The notes beneath the pieces are model-generated. The model made no database searches. It was not told the origin of the DNA and saw only the letters and a list, made by a program, of their open reading frames with translations. DNA of 64,000 bases from positions 372,001-436,000 of the forward strand of contig OZ025665.1 of assembly GCA_964019335.1 (NCBI GenBank), in the 5' to 3' direction. This DNA is from Diplonema japonicum. Taxonomy: Eukaryota > Protista > Euglenozoa: Diplonemea. Below, piece after piece: positions 53,621 through 64,000 of the stretch (position 1 is its first letter; each line of letters opens with the position of its first letter). Made by a program: the position numbers and the translations under genes.

Positions 53621-56600
53621 TCAAGGCCGCTTTCCCGTTGGAAACTTCCTGACGACAAGCCCCCTTGGAAGCTTGACGGTGGTCTCCGATGACGAAACAG
53701 AAGGGATGACCGAGTTTTCCAGGCTACCCTTGTTGCGGGCCGCCGAGAGAGTAGCCACCTCCGAAGCGGTTATGGCACGAGAAAGAACACGAAGGTCGGA
53801 CAACGACCCTTTGAAGAAGTAGAAGTCATGGTCATGAAGTACAGGAGGACGCCCGTGACCAGCATAAACATATGCGGAAGGAACAGGGACAGGTCTGGAC
53901 ATGGACCAGTCGACCCCTGTTGAGGCAATGCCGTCTACGTACAAGAGGTGGCCAAGCGGGCTGAAGACATGTGCGATGTGATGCCAGGTGTCTGTTGTGA
54001 CAGCACCGCCTGTGACCTCGCGTGTTGCAAGGGTTGAATAGATGTTTCCTATTACTGTTCCGTCAGCAATGCAAACCGTGTGTGCGGCCACTCCATGCCG
54101 CACTTCATGGAGGGCAGCTAGTTCCGTGCCGTCGAGAATCCTGTGGTACACTCTGAACTGCCGCACGAAACCTTCAAACCCATCGCCCACCTCTAACGGC
54201 CCGTTTGGTACAGTGCTCCCCACCGTGTACGAAGTGGTGGCACGCTGCACCCCATCGAGCCACAACTCGAACGCAGCTCCACTACCGTACAGCCGCACCG
54301 CCACGTGGTATCTGTACACGTTCCCCGCCACGCTGTTCAGTGCCACACTCACAGATGATGTCAGATACGATGCCTGGAGTGTGACGGAGCTGCCCCCTGA
54401 CGACACTGTTGCCGTGAATGTCCACCCACTCCCGCCCTTCATCCTCCTGAATATGGTGTACGTGCTTCCTGCTGTTGCCGTGTATTCGACGTAGAAGCTC
54501 ACAGTCACAGCGGCTGACGATATGACTTGCAGCGCTGTGGTGTCATAAGCATTAACTTTACTGCCGTTGGTGCTGCTCAGCATGTAATGGTAGTCAATCG
54601 GCGGCAACGAAGGCGCCGTTGTGGCAGCTGCGTACAAACAGCCGGGGGAAGCTTCTGACGTGCGGAACCACACGCTGACGGACCATGCATCTTGAGGGGC
54701 GGCGACTTGCGTCTCAAAGAACGATTCGCCGTCCAGAGTGAGATAAGAGGAAACCACCGTGTGGTTGGCAGTGCCCTTCAAGGTACCCGCATTCATTTCG
54801 CCTGCGAAAGTGAAGACACCTAAAGTCGTGTCTGCTTCGCACTGACCAGGACAGTCCGCGACGGTGATCCCGCCCTCCCATACCTCGCCAGCTGTCACCT
54901 TATCCAAAGCCGAATAGTACAACCGCACGTCCTTCACACTCATGCCCAAACCCCCTACCTTGAGAACACACCCCTCTCCTTCGCAGAAAGGTAGAGTGGT
55001 GTTCCCAGCCGTCTCGGCCTCGAGGGCACCGTTTAGGAATAGTTGGATGTGCGTCCCTAAGCCCCATGTCACGGCGATGGAGTGCCACTGGTGGTCGTTC
55101 AGAGTGGAGGCGGGGGTTGTACCATGTGCCTCCAAGGCTCCTACATAAAAGTACAGGACTTCCCTCTGTACCCCTACACAGCTACTTACAGAACCTGTTG
55201 AGTGGACACACAAAATAGTGCCGTTACTCGTGACGTCCCTTACCCATAGCGACATGGAGCCTGCTGTGATGTTCACAGTGCTGGACAGGTATGACCCGGG
55301 TTCCAGCTGCACCGTGCCGGTGGGCAGCACTGTTGCATTGCCTTCCCGCTCCAACCACTCGGCACCTTTGTCCTCTGCGAGGGAGGCTTGCAAATGGTAC
55401 CTCTTAACGGAGTGCATAGAATCGGAACTCACAGCCTTTTGCAGCAAGTCACACGAGAGGTCCTTTTGGCACCTTGCACCTAGAAACCCAAGCTGGCACA
55501 CACAGTCGCCCATGTCATTGCACACACCACGGTAGCTGCAGTATGCGTCAGAGCACTTCCTCGTACAGGAGGGACCGTAGAAGTAAGCCAGACATGTATC
55601 ACACCCATCGCCATCCCAGAAGCCTCGCATCTCATCTCTGTAGCAGTCGCATCGTCCCTTGTCTGTCAAGAAGACGCCGTTTGAGTTGCAGTCGCCTTTC
55701 ACACTCACAGTGGTGTTCGTGGCGAGGAATGTGTTCGTCAGTTTCAAGCACAACGTGAAGGTGCCCCCTGGACCGCGTTGTAGCTTGGTCGCAGCCTTAC
55801 CCATCCTAACAGGGCTTCCAACTTCGATGGTGGTGCAGTCGTCTGCAGAGTACCCCACTGCAGCATGCGGGTGGTGGCGCCAGTTCGCAACATTTCTAAA
55901 CCACACAAAGTCGCTGTCCACTATGGGCGTAGGCGTTGGCGTGTGCTGAATGGTGATGTTTGTCAGCACTCGCATGCTGCTGTCCTCTGTCGCATGTTTC
56001 ACCCACAGTGGGGTTGTCCCCAGTTGTATGGCCGCACCCGTCACGAAGGGGATCCGCAAGCTTGCCACCTGTTCACCACCCCTGATGCCAGCGAGCACTA
56101 AGGGAATCTGGAGGTATCCTGTGCTGGACTCGAACAGCACGACACAGTTCTCAATGAATGAACCAGACGCCCACAGGACAAGGTCAGCTGTCACTGGTAG
56201 GAGTGTTACTACAACCCCCGCTGTAGCTGTAGAGATAGATGTGATGGTACACCGACTGCTATACACAGGGGGGGTAATGGTGGGTGTTGGGGATATTTTA
56301 CTCCCTGGCTCAAGTAGAACCTGAACCCCACTCCATGACCCGGGGTTGGGTACTACAGAAGAGAGCTTGACGTCTTTCATAAAACCCCTGAAATAGTGAC
56401 TCCGCGTCAGTTCGCAAACATACGGCAACGAGTCGGTGCAGCCCGCCGTCGCCCAGGTGCCATCTGCCTTACTGGCGATACACAGCGAAGATCCATAGGT
56501 CATTGACACATCGCCTGGCCAATAGTTTACTTCTTTTCCTGTACTGTACTTCCACATTCCATCAGAGGCAGCAATGCCGATCCAAGACTGAGACGCTACT

Positions 56601-59600
56601 GCGGACTGCACGCACACCAGCTCGTCGTACGAAGTCACAGAAACCAATCGTCCGCTGTAGTGTTCCGACCACTCACCGCCCGCCAGCGATGCTTCATCAG
56701 CACACAGCTGCGCTGCAGTTGTGTAAGACACAGTTGTTGTAGTGACTGCCCTGATGCATTTTGTACCGCATTGTGTATAGTTAGCCGGGCATGACACCAT
56801 AGAAGGCAGCGCCCCCGCGCCCAGGTGCATGTCATGGCCTATGACACCACCGTTGTGCAGATATGGATGGTCCTGCGTGAGCTGCGATCCGTCCGAAGAA
56901 GTTGTGTCGTTTCCGTCCACCCACAGCTGTACCCGGCCTGTGCTCTTGATGGTGATGGCCACGTGGTGCCATTCAAGGTCGCAGAGAACATCCGCAGTGC
57001 TCGTGATGTCTTCCTGCGCACCGCCGTGCACCTCGCTGTAGGCGAGGGTACTATTCAAGAGGTACAGCATGCTGCCTCGTGTGGCCACCCCGCCCCACCA
57101 CAGTAGCGGCTGTACTCCTTCGCAATCAGTCATCCTTATCAAGCCCTCCCAGGACATGGGCACAGGTCTTACCACAGAGCCTTTCCCTGCATCCCACCGC
57201 ATAAGACCAGAAGAGTTTCCAAACCAGCATACATGGTCTCCTATAATATAGTCGTACTTCAGCGCCACGCCTTGGACTGTAGGATTCCTGCCGTAGCCGG
57301 TGGTATCATCGAAAGTTCCATTGGAGCACCACGTGCCGAGCAGAGTCCCTTTGCTGCTCGCGATGTCCCGTATGTCGTCCCTGGAAAGTGCTTTGTCGTA
57401 CACTCGCAGGTTCTCCATCTCACCTGAGTAGTATACTCCGTTCGCACGGCCTACTTCAAAGGTCCCTCCAGATGTCCAGTCGTGCCGCCCGCCACTCCAG
57501 CCGACCAGCATACCATCTAGGTAGATGGAAAGAATGGTAGTCGTCGTGAGTGTCACAGCCACATGGCGCCACACATTGAGGCCTGCAGACGTGCAGAGCG
57601 GGACCTCTGCTTTAGTCACTGCCGCTGTCGATGTCGTGTCGCCCGACGTGAAGTACAACCTGCCAGTGCTGGACACTCCTACGGACTGTATGTTAGTACC
57701 GTCAGTCCAAAACACTAAATGGCCTGATGCTGACCCACAAGCAGCATCGAGCCTCAACCAAGCGGTTACTGTGAAGCTATAAGGTCTGTGCACCATAGAG
57801 GACCCTGAGACAGACAAATACCCAGACGACATCGAGCACCCCCCACCGGTAGCTTCGCTGACCCCTGTGGTCACAGTTACATGCTTGTATCCTGAAGAGT
57901 CTTCGATGGTGCCCCTTGTGCAGTATCTTCCGATCATCCCACCATTGGAACAAAGTACAACAGGTGTGTGCAGCTGTAGCATGCTTGGCATTGGGGAGCA
58001 CACAGGGCTGTCGATGTCGTCGTGGACCTTGCAACCTTCAGGGCGGTGCTCGAGAGGGAACTGCACGGCTTGGCAATTTTCTGTTGATAAGCATAACTGC
58101 TTGCACTGTTCCAAAGTGAGGCCTTCGTACTGGGAATAACCTGCTGAGCATGTCCCTCGACCTGCAACCCACAACGTCCTGCAGTTGGTTGCCTCGTTGA
58201 GTTCCGCCTGAGACAGTGCGTAGTTGTACACACGGAAGTCCGCTATCGCAGTCTCGGTACTGCCTGTCCAGTCGTTGTTCACGATATTGTCCCACCGCTG
58301 CCCGATACGCATGTACTCTGTGCCGGTAATGGGCCATAGGGAGTCGGTGCCATTTCGCTTCTTGGTTTTGAGCCCGTCATAGTAAAAGTGCGCCTCTCCC
58401 CTCGAGCCAGGAACAACCACAGCAAGATGGTGCCATGACTTGTCGCAGTAGCCAGGAGACCGTACTTCTAGGTCTGTTTCTATGCCTTCTGATGCGTCAC
58501 AGGGAACGTGGGAGATTTTTGAAAACTGAATGCCTTCATAACACGTGTTGCATTGATATGCTGGCTTCGTGATATTCTGTGCGGCACTGGCGTAACAGTT
58601 CACGTCGTTGTAGAAGTCCATTGACACCGCAGACCTGCCCGTCAGTGACATCTTTATATACAAACTAGTGCGCTCCATGGTGCATGGCTCTAGCCATATC
58701 TGGCAGGTGTCTAATGGAAAGTCGTAGCTCGCCCACCCCGAGGTGTTCGAGCACGGGGACATGCCGCAAGCTGTAAAAGTAACCGTCGTGCGCGTGGTTG
58801 GGAACACACCCCCGAGCCGCCCCTCGTCGAACCTTGGCTCATACCCACCACCCTTCAGTTCCAGATAGCTGAAGTCGTTCCTCACCATGGTGAACCAGCT
58901 GCCTTGGTCGGTTGGGTAGCATGCTGTCCCCGCTTGCAGCCTGCGCGTCCACAACGAGATCGTAAATGCTTGCGGCCTATCGAAAATCTTGTTGATCTGG
59001 AGATAGCCCCCTTCCACTTGGCACGTTGCGTACCCGAAGTAGTCCTCGTACAGTGTGCTCACAGCACCTGACGCCGACCCGTCCCTACCCCAGCCGGATG
59101 TGTCTTCTGTGCCACCCATGCAGAGCTGCATTAGAAGACCAGGGACGAATCCTGCTTGTTGGACAATTTCAGAAGGAGCAAGAGAGCGGCTGAAGAGCTT
59201 TACAGCGCTGAGGTAGCCAGTGTGGCCTAGCGTGGTGGAAGTAGTTGGGGATGTCCAACAGCCGATTGTAGCGTGTGTGAAGATCGTCTGAGTTGTGTCG
59301 GGGGTGAGACTATCAGCAGACCGTATAAAAAGCCCTACAGGTGCCCCGTCATGGTACACCGTGACCGAGTGGTCGGCATCGATAGTGACTGCCACATGGT
59401 GCCATTCGTAGTCGCAGACGCGGTGTGACATGGTCCACGAGGGGCGGGTGTGGTACTCGACACCGTCAGCGTCACGCTCCCTCCATGCCATGTAGTAGTT
59501 GATCCCGAAAGACGCCTCAGCAGCGTCGCCAAACCATCCAAACACTGCTCCACGCGGGTCGGTGTAGTCCACTGTAGTCCAACAAGGATCTCCAGTAGGA

Positions 59601-61978
59601 AGCAGCTTCATCCACGCCATGACAGTGACAGCCTTCGGCCTGCTTTTCAACATTGGCACTGTGATACAAGCATCAGCAGTTCCATCGAACAGACATTTCC
59701 CGTGCTGTGCGTCACCAAATGTCACCCCTGTGCCTGCGTACCCACGGCGCTTGAACACAGACAAATCCTCTCCTAGGTCGGATTCCCCGTTGCACCATTC
59801 TCCCGACAGTCCATTGCCACTGATATCCCTTGTGACATCCTCCGCACTCAGACCTGTCGTGTGCATTTTCACGTCGTGCAACTGAGCAGCTGTGCCCACC
59901 CACCTTCCGTCCTCGTACCTCCCGCCTATCCTACTCTGTGTGGATGGGTACACGGACGTATCATTCTGCAGCATCGCGAGGTCCGTCCGTCCTTCAAACG
60001 CGTTTACGCCATCCATGGTAACCTGCACGGTGCCGTCGGTGTGCACGGACGCAGCAATGTGGACCCACACGTTTTCTATATCACTGCACGTGATGTACTG
60101 CCAAGTAGCAGTGCCAGAAGTAGTGCCAAAGCCCACCTCGAGCTTCCCGATGGGGTTTTTGTTGAGCGACACGAAAGATGACGCTAGACTGGAGTGCCAT
60201 CCGAGCAAAGCGGAGAGGTGGGCAGTTAAGTTGTAGGCGTTAGAGAAGTCACATGTCTCCCACTTCACCCACGAAGAAACAGTCATAGGGAGGTTAAGGG
60301 TGGTTGCAGGGAGGGATGCGGAGTGGCCGTTCATGCTGCAGGCCCGTTTACCGCCTGTGAGCACGCCAGAAAGGCACCCCTCCGGCTTGCCGTGTTGTCT
60401 GTACCCACTGGTGTCATCGAAGCCACCTGAAGAACACCACCTCCTCACCACCCCCATCCTGTCCCCCGCCAGTTCATGATCCGACATCACCTTATTGTAC
60501 ATCTTCACTCCATATAAATTTCCCTTCAGAAGGGATGTGCTGCTGGACCCGTCACTGCCGACCCGAAGTGTGTCCATGGTTACTACACCCACCCACTCTG
60601 TGTGCTCTGCCGCCTTGAGCCCGTTCACCCACAGTACTGTCTTCCCTGATTGGTACTGCTGCACAGCAATGTGCTTCCAAGACCCTTTGTCGATCTTCAA
60701 GCTTGTAGTTAAGGTAGCCGTGGATAACACCCATTGGAGAAACCCATTGAAGAGACGGAGGTGAAGAGTAGTACCCCACCTAAGGATCGTGGCGTATAGG
60801 GAACAAGAAGGGTCAAGGTAGACCCATAAAGTAAGGGTTGCAGGGAAAGGTATGGCGGATGAGGTATATTGCAGGGTGTTGGTGGTGATGGAGTACCCAT
60901 CGAACCTGCAAGTGTGTGGGAAGTAGTGGGTGCTGACAATATGCACTCTGCCGCCTTTAAGAATCTCGTGGGAAGAGTCCCAAGCAGGCCCGTCACAGAG
61001 GTTGAGGTAGGGCGTCTGCTGCAGCTTCCGGTAAACAGCAACGAAGCCCTCCCCGCCTGTTTTAAGAGGCGCAAGGGACACATCTTCACCCTTCCCGGCA
61101 AACCCGCATAAATCTTCACCAACGTCGGCCCCATTGGGAGGGTACCCAGCACAGTAGCACATTGACGACCCGTCGGCAGCAGGAGGGGCAGTGGAGGGGT
61201 CGATCTTGGCAAGCCCTGCAACAGGGAAAGCAGCGCACAGTGAAAGACAGGTTTTCAACGTGAACACACGTCCGAGGAACACCCAGTCCGCTTGGGTCAG
61301 AACTTGACAGGAATGGAACACGGGGGTTGTTCCTGTGAGGCTTTCCAAGGCGAGACCTTTGGCTTCAAAACTCTTCAAGACCCCTGAGTACAACCGCACA
61401 TCCGATATCACAACAGTAGAAAGACCATCGGGGTTGATCGTCAAGGTAAGCGCTCCATCGGACGTAGGAAGAGGTGAGGAGTACACGAAGACAGGCTGCG
61501 CCAGTCCATCGAGGTATACGGAGGTAGCTGTTGTGTTCGCTATGGTGGAGTTTTGCTGGGTTTGAGCAACAGCGACGTGATGCCAGGTGCCGTCGATGAC
61601 GTTGCAGAGGGCCTTGTACGCGATTGTCCATTGTTGGTAGATCTCTACTTGTCCTGTGGTGGATATCCTTACCTCCCACCCGTCTGGTAGGGAAGCTAGT
61701 GTGGCGTTGCCCTCAGCTTTGATCCACAGGGAAATCGAACGGGACTCTGAGGCATTTACTGTCCCTTTTGCCCACCCCCCGATGCTTCCTTGCCGGTTTC
61801 CTTTTTCGACTATCTGCAACCCCGAGCTCCATGCGGCCCCCACCGTTTTCACAATTTCTCTTCCTTCTAACGTAGCGTTGAGCGGGAACCTCGCCTCCAG
61901 TACAACCTCGCTGCGGCAGGGGTTGAGGCTTCCTAAGAAACATATTAAACAGAGTGACCAGACATGGCTGTGTTGCAT
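53621..61978 (-). CDS. Giant secreted multidomain protein: many LamG/pentraxin domains + WSC + PAN/apple + C-type lectin + EGF (2785 aa)
   Basis: Signal peptide MQHSHVWSLCLICFLGSLNPCRS; repeated W(H/K/R)H(V/I/L)AV..Y/W.DG..D(V/L)R.Y...L; WSC-like CLSLC..CYC..GG..AVY; CTL CPANYTQCGTKC..WIG..PYVCE; EGF-like Cys clusters. Confidence 0.88.
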   Translation of the reverse strand: MQHSHVWSLCLICFLGSLNPCRSEVVLEARFPLNATLEGREIVKTVGAAWSSGLQIVEKGNRQGSIGGWAKGTVNASESRSISLWIKAEGNATLASLPDGWEVRISTTGQVEIYQQWTIAYKALCNVIDGTWHHVAVAQTQQNSTIANTTATSVYLDGLAQPVFVYSSPLPTSDGALTLTINPDGLSTVVISDVRLYSGVLKSFEAKGLALESLTGTTPVFHSCQVLTQADWVFLGRVFTLKTCLSLCAAFPVAGLAKIDPSTAPPAADGSSMCYCAGYPPNGADVGEDLCGFAGKGEDVSLAPLKTGGEGFVAVYRKLQQTPYLNLCDGPAWDSSHEILKGGRVHIVSTHYFPHTCRFDGYSITTNTLQYTSSAIPFPATLTLWVYLDPSCSLYATILRWGTTLHLRLFNGFLQWVLSTATLTTSLKIDKGSWKHIAVQQYQSGKTVLWVNGLKAAEHTEWVGVVTMDTLRVGSDGSSSTSLLKGNLYGVKMYNKVMSDHELAGDRMGVVRRWCSSGGFDDTSGYRQHGKPEGCLSGVLTGGKRACSMNGHSASLPATTLNLPMTVSSWVKWETCDFSNAYNLTAHLSALLGWHSSLASSFVSLNKNPIGKLEVGFGTTSGTATWQYITCSDIENVWVHIAASVHTDGTVQVTMDGVNAFEGRTDLAMLQNDTSVYPSTQSRIGGRYEDGRWVGTAAQLHDVKMHTTGLSAEDVTRDISGNGLSGEWCNGESDLGEDLSVFKRRGYAGTGVTFGDAQHGKCLFDGTADACITVPMLKSRPKAVTVMAWMKLLPTGDPCWTTVDYTDPRGAVFGWFGDAAEASFGINYYMAWRERDADGVEYHTRPSWTMSHRVCDYEWHHVAVTIDADHSVTVYHDGAPVGLFIRSADSLTPDTTQTIFTHATIGCWTSPTTSTTLGHTGYLSAVKLFSRSLAPSEIVQQAGFVPGLLMQLCMGGTEDTSGWGRDGSASGAVSTLYEDYFGYATCQVEGGYLQINKIFDRPQAFTISLWTRRLQAGTACYPTDQGSWFTMVRNDFSYLELKGGGYEPRFDEGRLGGVFPTTRTTVTFTACGMSPCSNTSGWASYDFPLDTCQIWLEPCTMERTSLYIKMSLTGRSAVSMDFYNDVNCYASAAQNITKPAYQCNTCYEGIQFSKISHVPCDASEGIETDLEVRSPGYCDKSWHHLAVVVPGSRGEAHFYYDGLKTKKRNGTDSLWPITGTEYMRIGQRWDNIVNNDWTGSTETAIADFRVYNYALSQAELNEATNCRTLWVAGRGTCSAGYSQYEGLTLEQCKQLCLSTENCQAVQFPLEHRPEGCKVHDDIDSPVCSPMPSMLQLHTPVVLCSNGGMIGRYCTRGTIEDSSGYKHVTVTTGVSEATGGGCSMSSGYLSVSGSSMVHRPYSFTVTAWLRLDAACGSASGHLVFWTDGTNIQSVGVSSTGRLYFTSGDTTSTAAVTKAEVPLCTSAGLNVWRHVAVTLTTTTILSIYLDGMLVGWSGGRHDWTSGGTFEVGRANGVYYSGEMENLRVYDKALSRDDIRDIASSKGTLLGTWCSNGTFDDTTGYGRNPTVQGVALKYDYIIGDHVCWFGNSSGLMRWDAGKGSVVRPVPMSWEGLIRMTDCEGVQPLLWWGGVATRGSMLYLLNSTLAYSEVHGGAQEDITSTADVLCDLEWHHVAITIKSTGRVQLWVDGNDTTSSDGSQLTQDHPYLHNGGVIGHDMHLGAGALPSMVSCPANYTQCGTKCIRAVTTTTVSYTTAAQLCADEASLAGGEWSEHYSGRLVSVTSYDELVCVQSAVASQSWIGIAASDGMWKYSTGKEVNYWPGDVSMTYGSSLCIASKADGTWATAGCTDSLPYVCELTRSHYFRGFMKDVKLSSVVPNPGSWSGVQVLLEPGSKISPTPTITPPVYSSRCTITSISTATAGVVVTLLPVTADLVLWASGSFIENCVVLFESSTGYLQIPLVLAGIRGGEQVASLRIPFVTGAAIQLGTTPLWVKHATEDSSMRVLTNITIQHTPTPTPIVDSDFVWFRNVANWRHHPHAAVGYSADDCTTIEVGSPVRMGKAATKLQRGPGGTFTLCLKLTNTFLATNTTVSVKGDCNSNGVFLTDKGRCDCYRDEMRGFWDGDGCDTCLAYFYGPSCTRKCSDAYCSYRGVCNDMGDCVCQLGFLGARCQKDLSCDLLQKAVSSDSMHSVKRYHLQASLAEDKGAEWLEREGNATVLPTGTVQLEPGSYLSSTVNITAGSMSLWVRDVTSNGTILCVHSTGSVSSCVGVQREVLYFYVGALEAHGTTPASTLNDHQWHSIAVTWGLGTHIQLFLNGALEAETAGNTTLPFCEGEGCVLKVGGLGMSVKDVRLYYSALDKVTAGEVWEGGITVADCPGQCEADTTLGVFTFAGEMNAGTLKGTANHTVVSSYLTLDGESFFETQVAAPQDAWSVSVWFRTSEASPGCLYAAATTAPSLPPIDYHYMLSSTNGSKVNAYDTTALQVISSAAVTVSFYVEYTATAGSTYTIFRRMKGGSGWTFTATVSSGGSSVTLQASYLTSSVSVALNSVAGNVYRYHVAVRLYGSGAAFELWLDGVQRATTSYTVGSTVPNGPLEVGDGFEGFVRQFRVYHRILDGTELAALHEVRHGVAAHTVCIADGTVIGNIYSTLATREVTGGAVTTDTWHHIAHVFSPLGHLLYVDGIASTGVDWSMSRPVPVPSAYVYAGHGRPPVLHDHDFYFFKGSLSDLRVLSRAITASEVATLSAARNKGSLENSVIPSVSSSETTVKLPRGLVVRKFPTGKRP

Positions 61979-62576
61979 GCCACAACCCCTTCCTTTTTTT
62001 CTGTGTGGAGTTTTTTTTTTTTTTTTCCCTTCGAAAAATAAAAAATAAGACAAGGAAAAAGAATGGAAAAAAAAAAGCCTGATTTTGAAGGTAAAAAAAA
62101 AAAAGACAAGAAAGGTAAAATCAACGCGCTAAAAGAAGAATCGGGGGGGGGGGGGGGGGGGGGGAAGAAGAGTAAAGCACTAATGGTGGGGGCGGGGAGA
62201 GTGAAACAAAAAAGGCAACAGGGGGGGAAAAAAAAGAGTACGAAAGGGGGAAGAATCGAGGTGGGGAGATCTTTTCAACAATAGGAGTTTTAAAATTGTT
62301 TTTTTTTCTTCTTTTTGCTTTATTTCCTTCATGGTTGTGCGGGTCTTTTTTTTTTTATATATGTACCTTCCAAGAAAGTACAAAAAGATTTGGGAAGTGA
62401 GGGAAGAACCAAAAAAAAAAAATGGAACTCCTTTCCCTTTAGATCTTAGAAAATAAAGATGAAAGGTATGGGTCCTAAAAAAGAGGGAAAAGAGGGATTC
62501 TATGCAAAACACAAAAAAGTAATGAAAGTGGAGTTGGGCCAACAAGCCGGGAATAAAAGAAATAGAACAAAGAAAG

Positions 62577-62612
<36 letters not shown>

Positions 62613-62810
62613 GTTTTCTTCTTCTTCATTGAAGTATTCACAATTGCCTTTCTATTCTCTCACCTTTTTTTTTTTTTTAAATTTCATCGTTTCAAAAAAA
62701 AAGAAAATTCACCACAAAGGGGGGAAAGGGGATATAAAAAACCTGTGGGGGGTGGTCAACAAAAAAACACCCCCCCCCAAGGACAGAATGAAACAATCAA
62801 AAAATCTTCT

Positions 62811-63510
<700 letters not shown>

Positions 63511-63699
63511 TTAATCTCCCATTCTTTTTTTTAAAAGAAACCGTGTAACTAACTGTTTTGGAAAAAAAGGGGGGGGGGAGAGGGGAGGGGAAAACAAAAA
63601 AAGGAAGAAGAAGAAGAGGGAGGGGTGGGTAACTCACCAGTTTTGTTCCTTTGTGCCAATATGTGTGTATTTCAAACGGGCAGGTCCCGTTGCTGAACT

Positions 63700-63739
<40 letters not shown>

Positions 63740-63892
63740 CTCCAACACTTTCTCACACCTTGGGACCTTCACCTCGATAATTCGCGGAGAGAAGATAGTC
63801 ACCTGCTGGGAAGGCCCCAGTTTCATATTGATCGCCCGCGCATTGCCGGAGGGCGCAGCAGGCGGAGGTGGCTCAGAGGCAGCGGAAGACAT
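63511..63892 (-). CDS. Putative small multi-exon protein (MSSAASEPPP...), exon structure ambiguous
   Basis: Coding-like blocks at ~63760-63892 and ~63638-63697 are separated by GT..A-run..CAG segments. Two alternative splice models end at 63549 or 63511. Confidence 0.35.
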
Positions 63893-63953
63893 CTTCTTTA
63901 TTCTCCTTTTTTTTTTTGTGTCCTCTCCTTTTAAAGAATTCCAGTTTTCCAAG

Positions 63954-63989
<36 letters not shown>

Positions 63990-64000
63990 ACCAACTTTAA

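Overview
Eukaryotic, gene-dense 64 kb window. All ~30 supportable protein genes lie on the minus strand, several only 68-110 bp apart. This single-strand cluster suggests polycistronic transcription with trans-splicing, as in Euglenozoa. Frequent short GT-AG cis-introns with GTATG-type donors, plus the gene content, point to a diplonemid-like organism rather than a trypanosomatid (inference, not proven). The genetic code is standard (TAA, TAG and TGA all end genes). Intergenic DNA is dominated by A/T and G/C homopolymer runs, which generate most of the spurious ORFs in the track. I reconstructed 12 introns of 34-76 nt, each restoring the reading frame; most have A-rich or CA-rich 3' ends instead of a polypyrimidine tract and lie in the 3' half of the CDS. 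Genes include a VPS9 GEF, Vti1 SNARE, class II aldolase, Tim44-like, GRASP, a WD40/Sfi1-like/ADP-ribosyltransferase fusion, BTB-BACK, a degenerate cyclophilin, quinone oxidoreductase, PhyH dioxygenase, importin-beta-like, PRP19, two zinc-ribbon/DUF4050-like paralogs, RAD51C, SCP2-thiolase, ZIP4/SPO22-like, PEBP/mL38-like, CFAP99, TBC Rab-GAP, a 2785-aa LamG/WSC/PAN/C-lectin/EGF protein and an Arf. Non-genic highlights are a 540-bp piggyBac deletion derivative, a 999-bp TIR-bounded MITE, a ~740-bp element with a strand-specific 130-nt hairpin plus inverted repeats and reiterated GTGAAGTAAT sites, and a ~200-nt candidate structured RNA.
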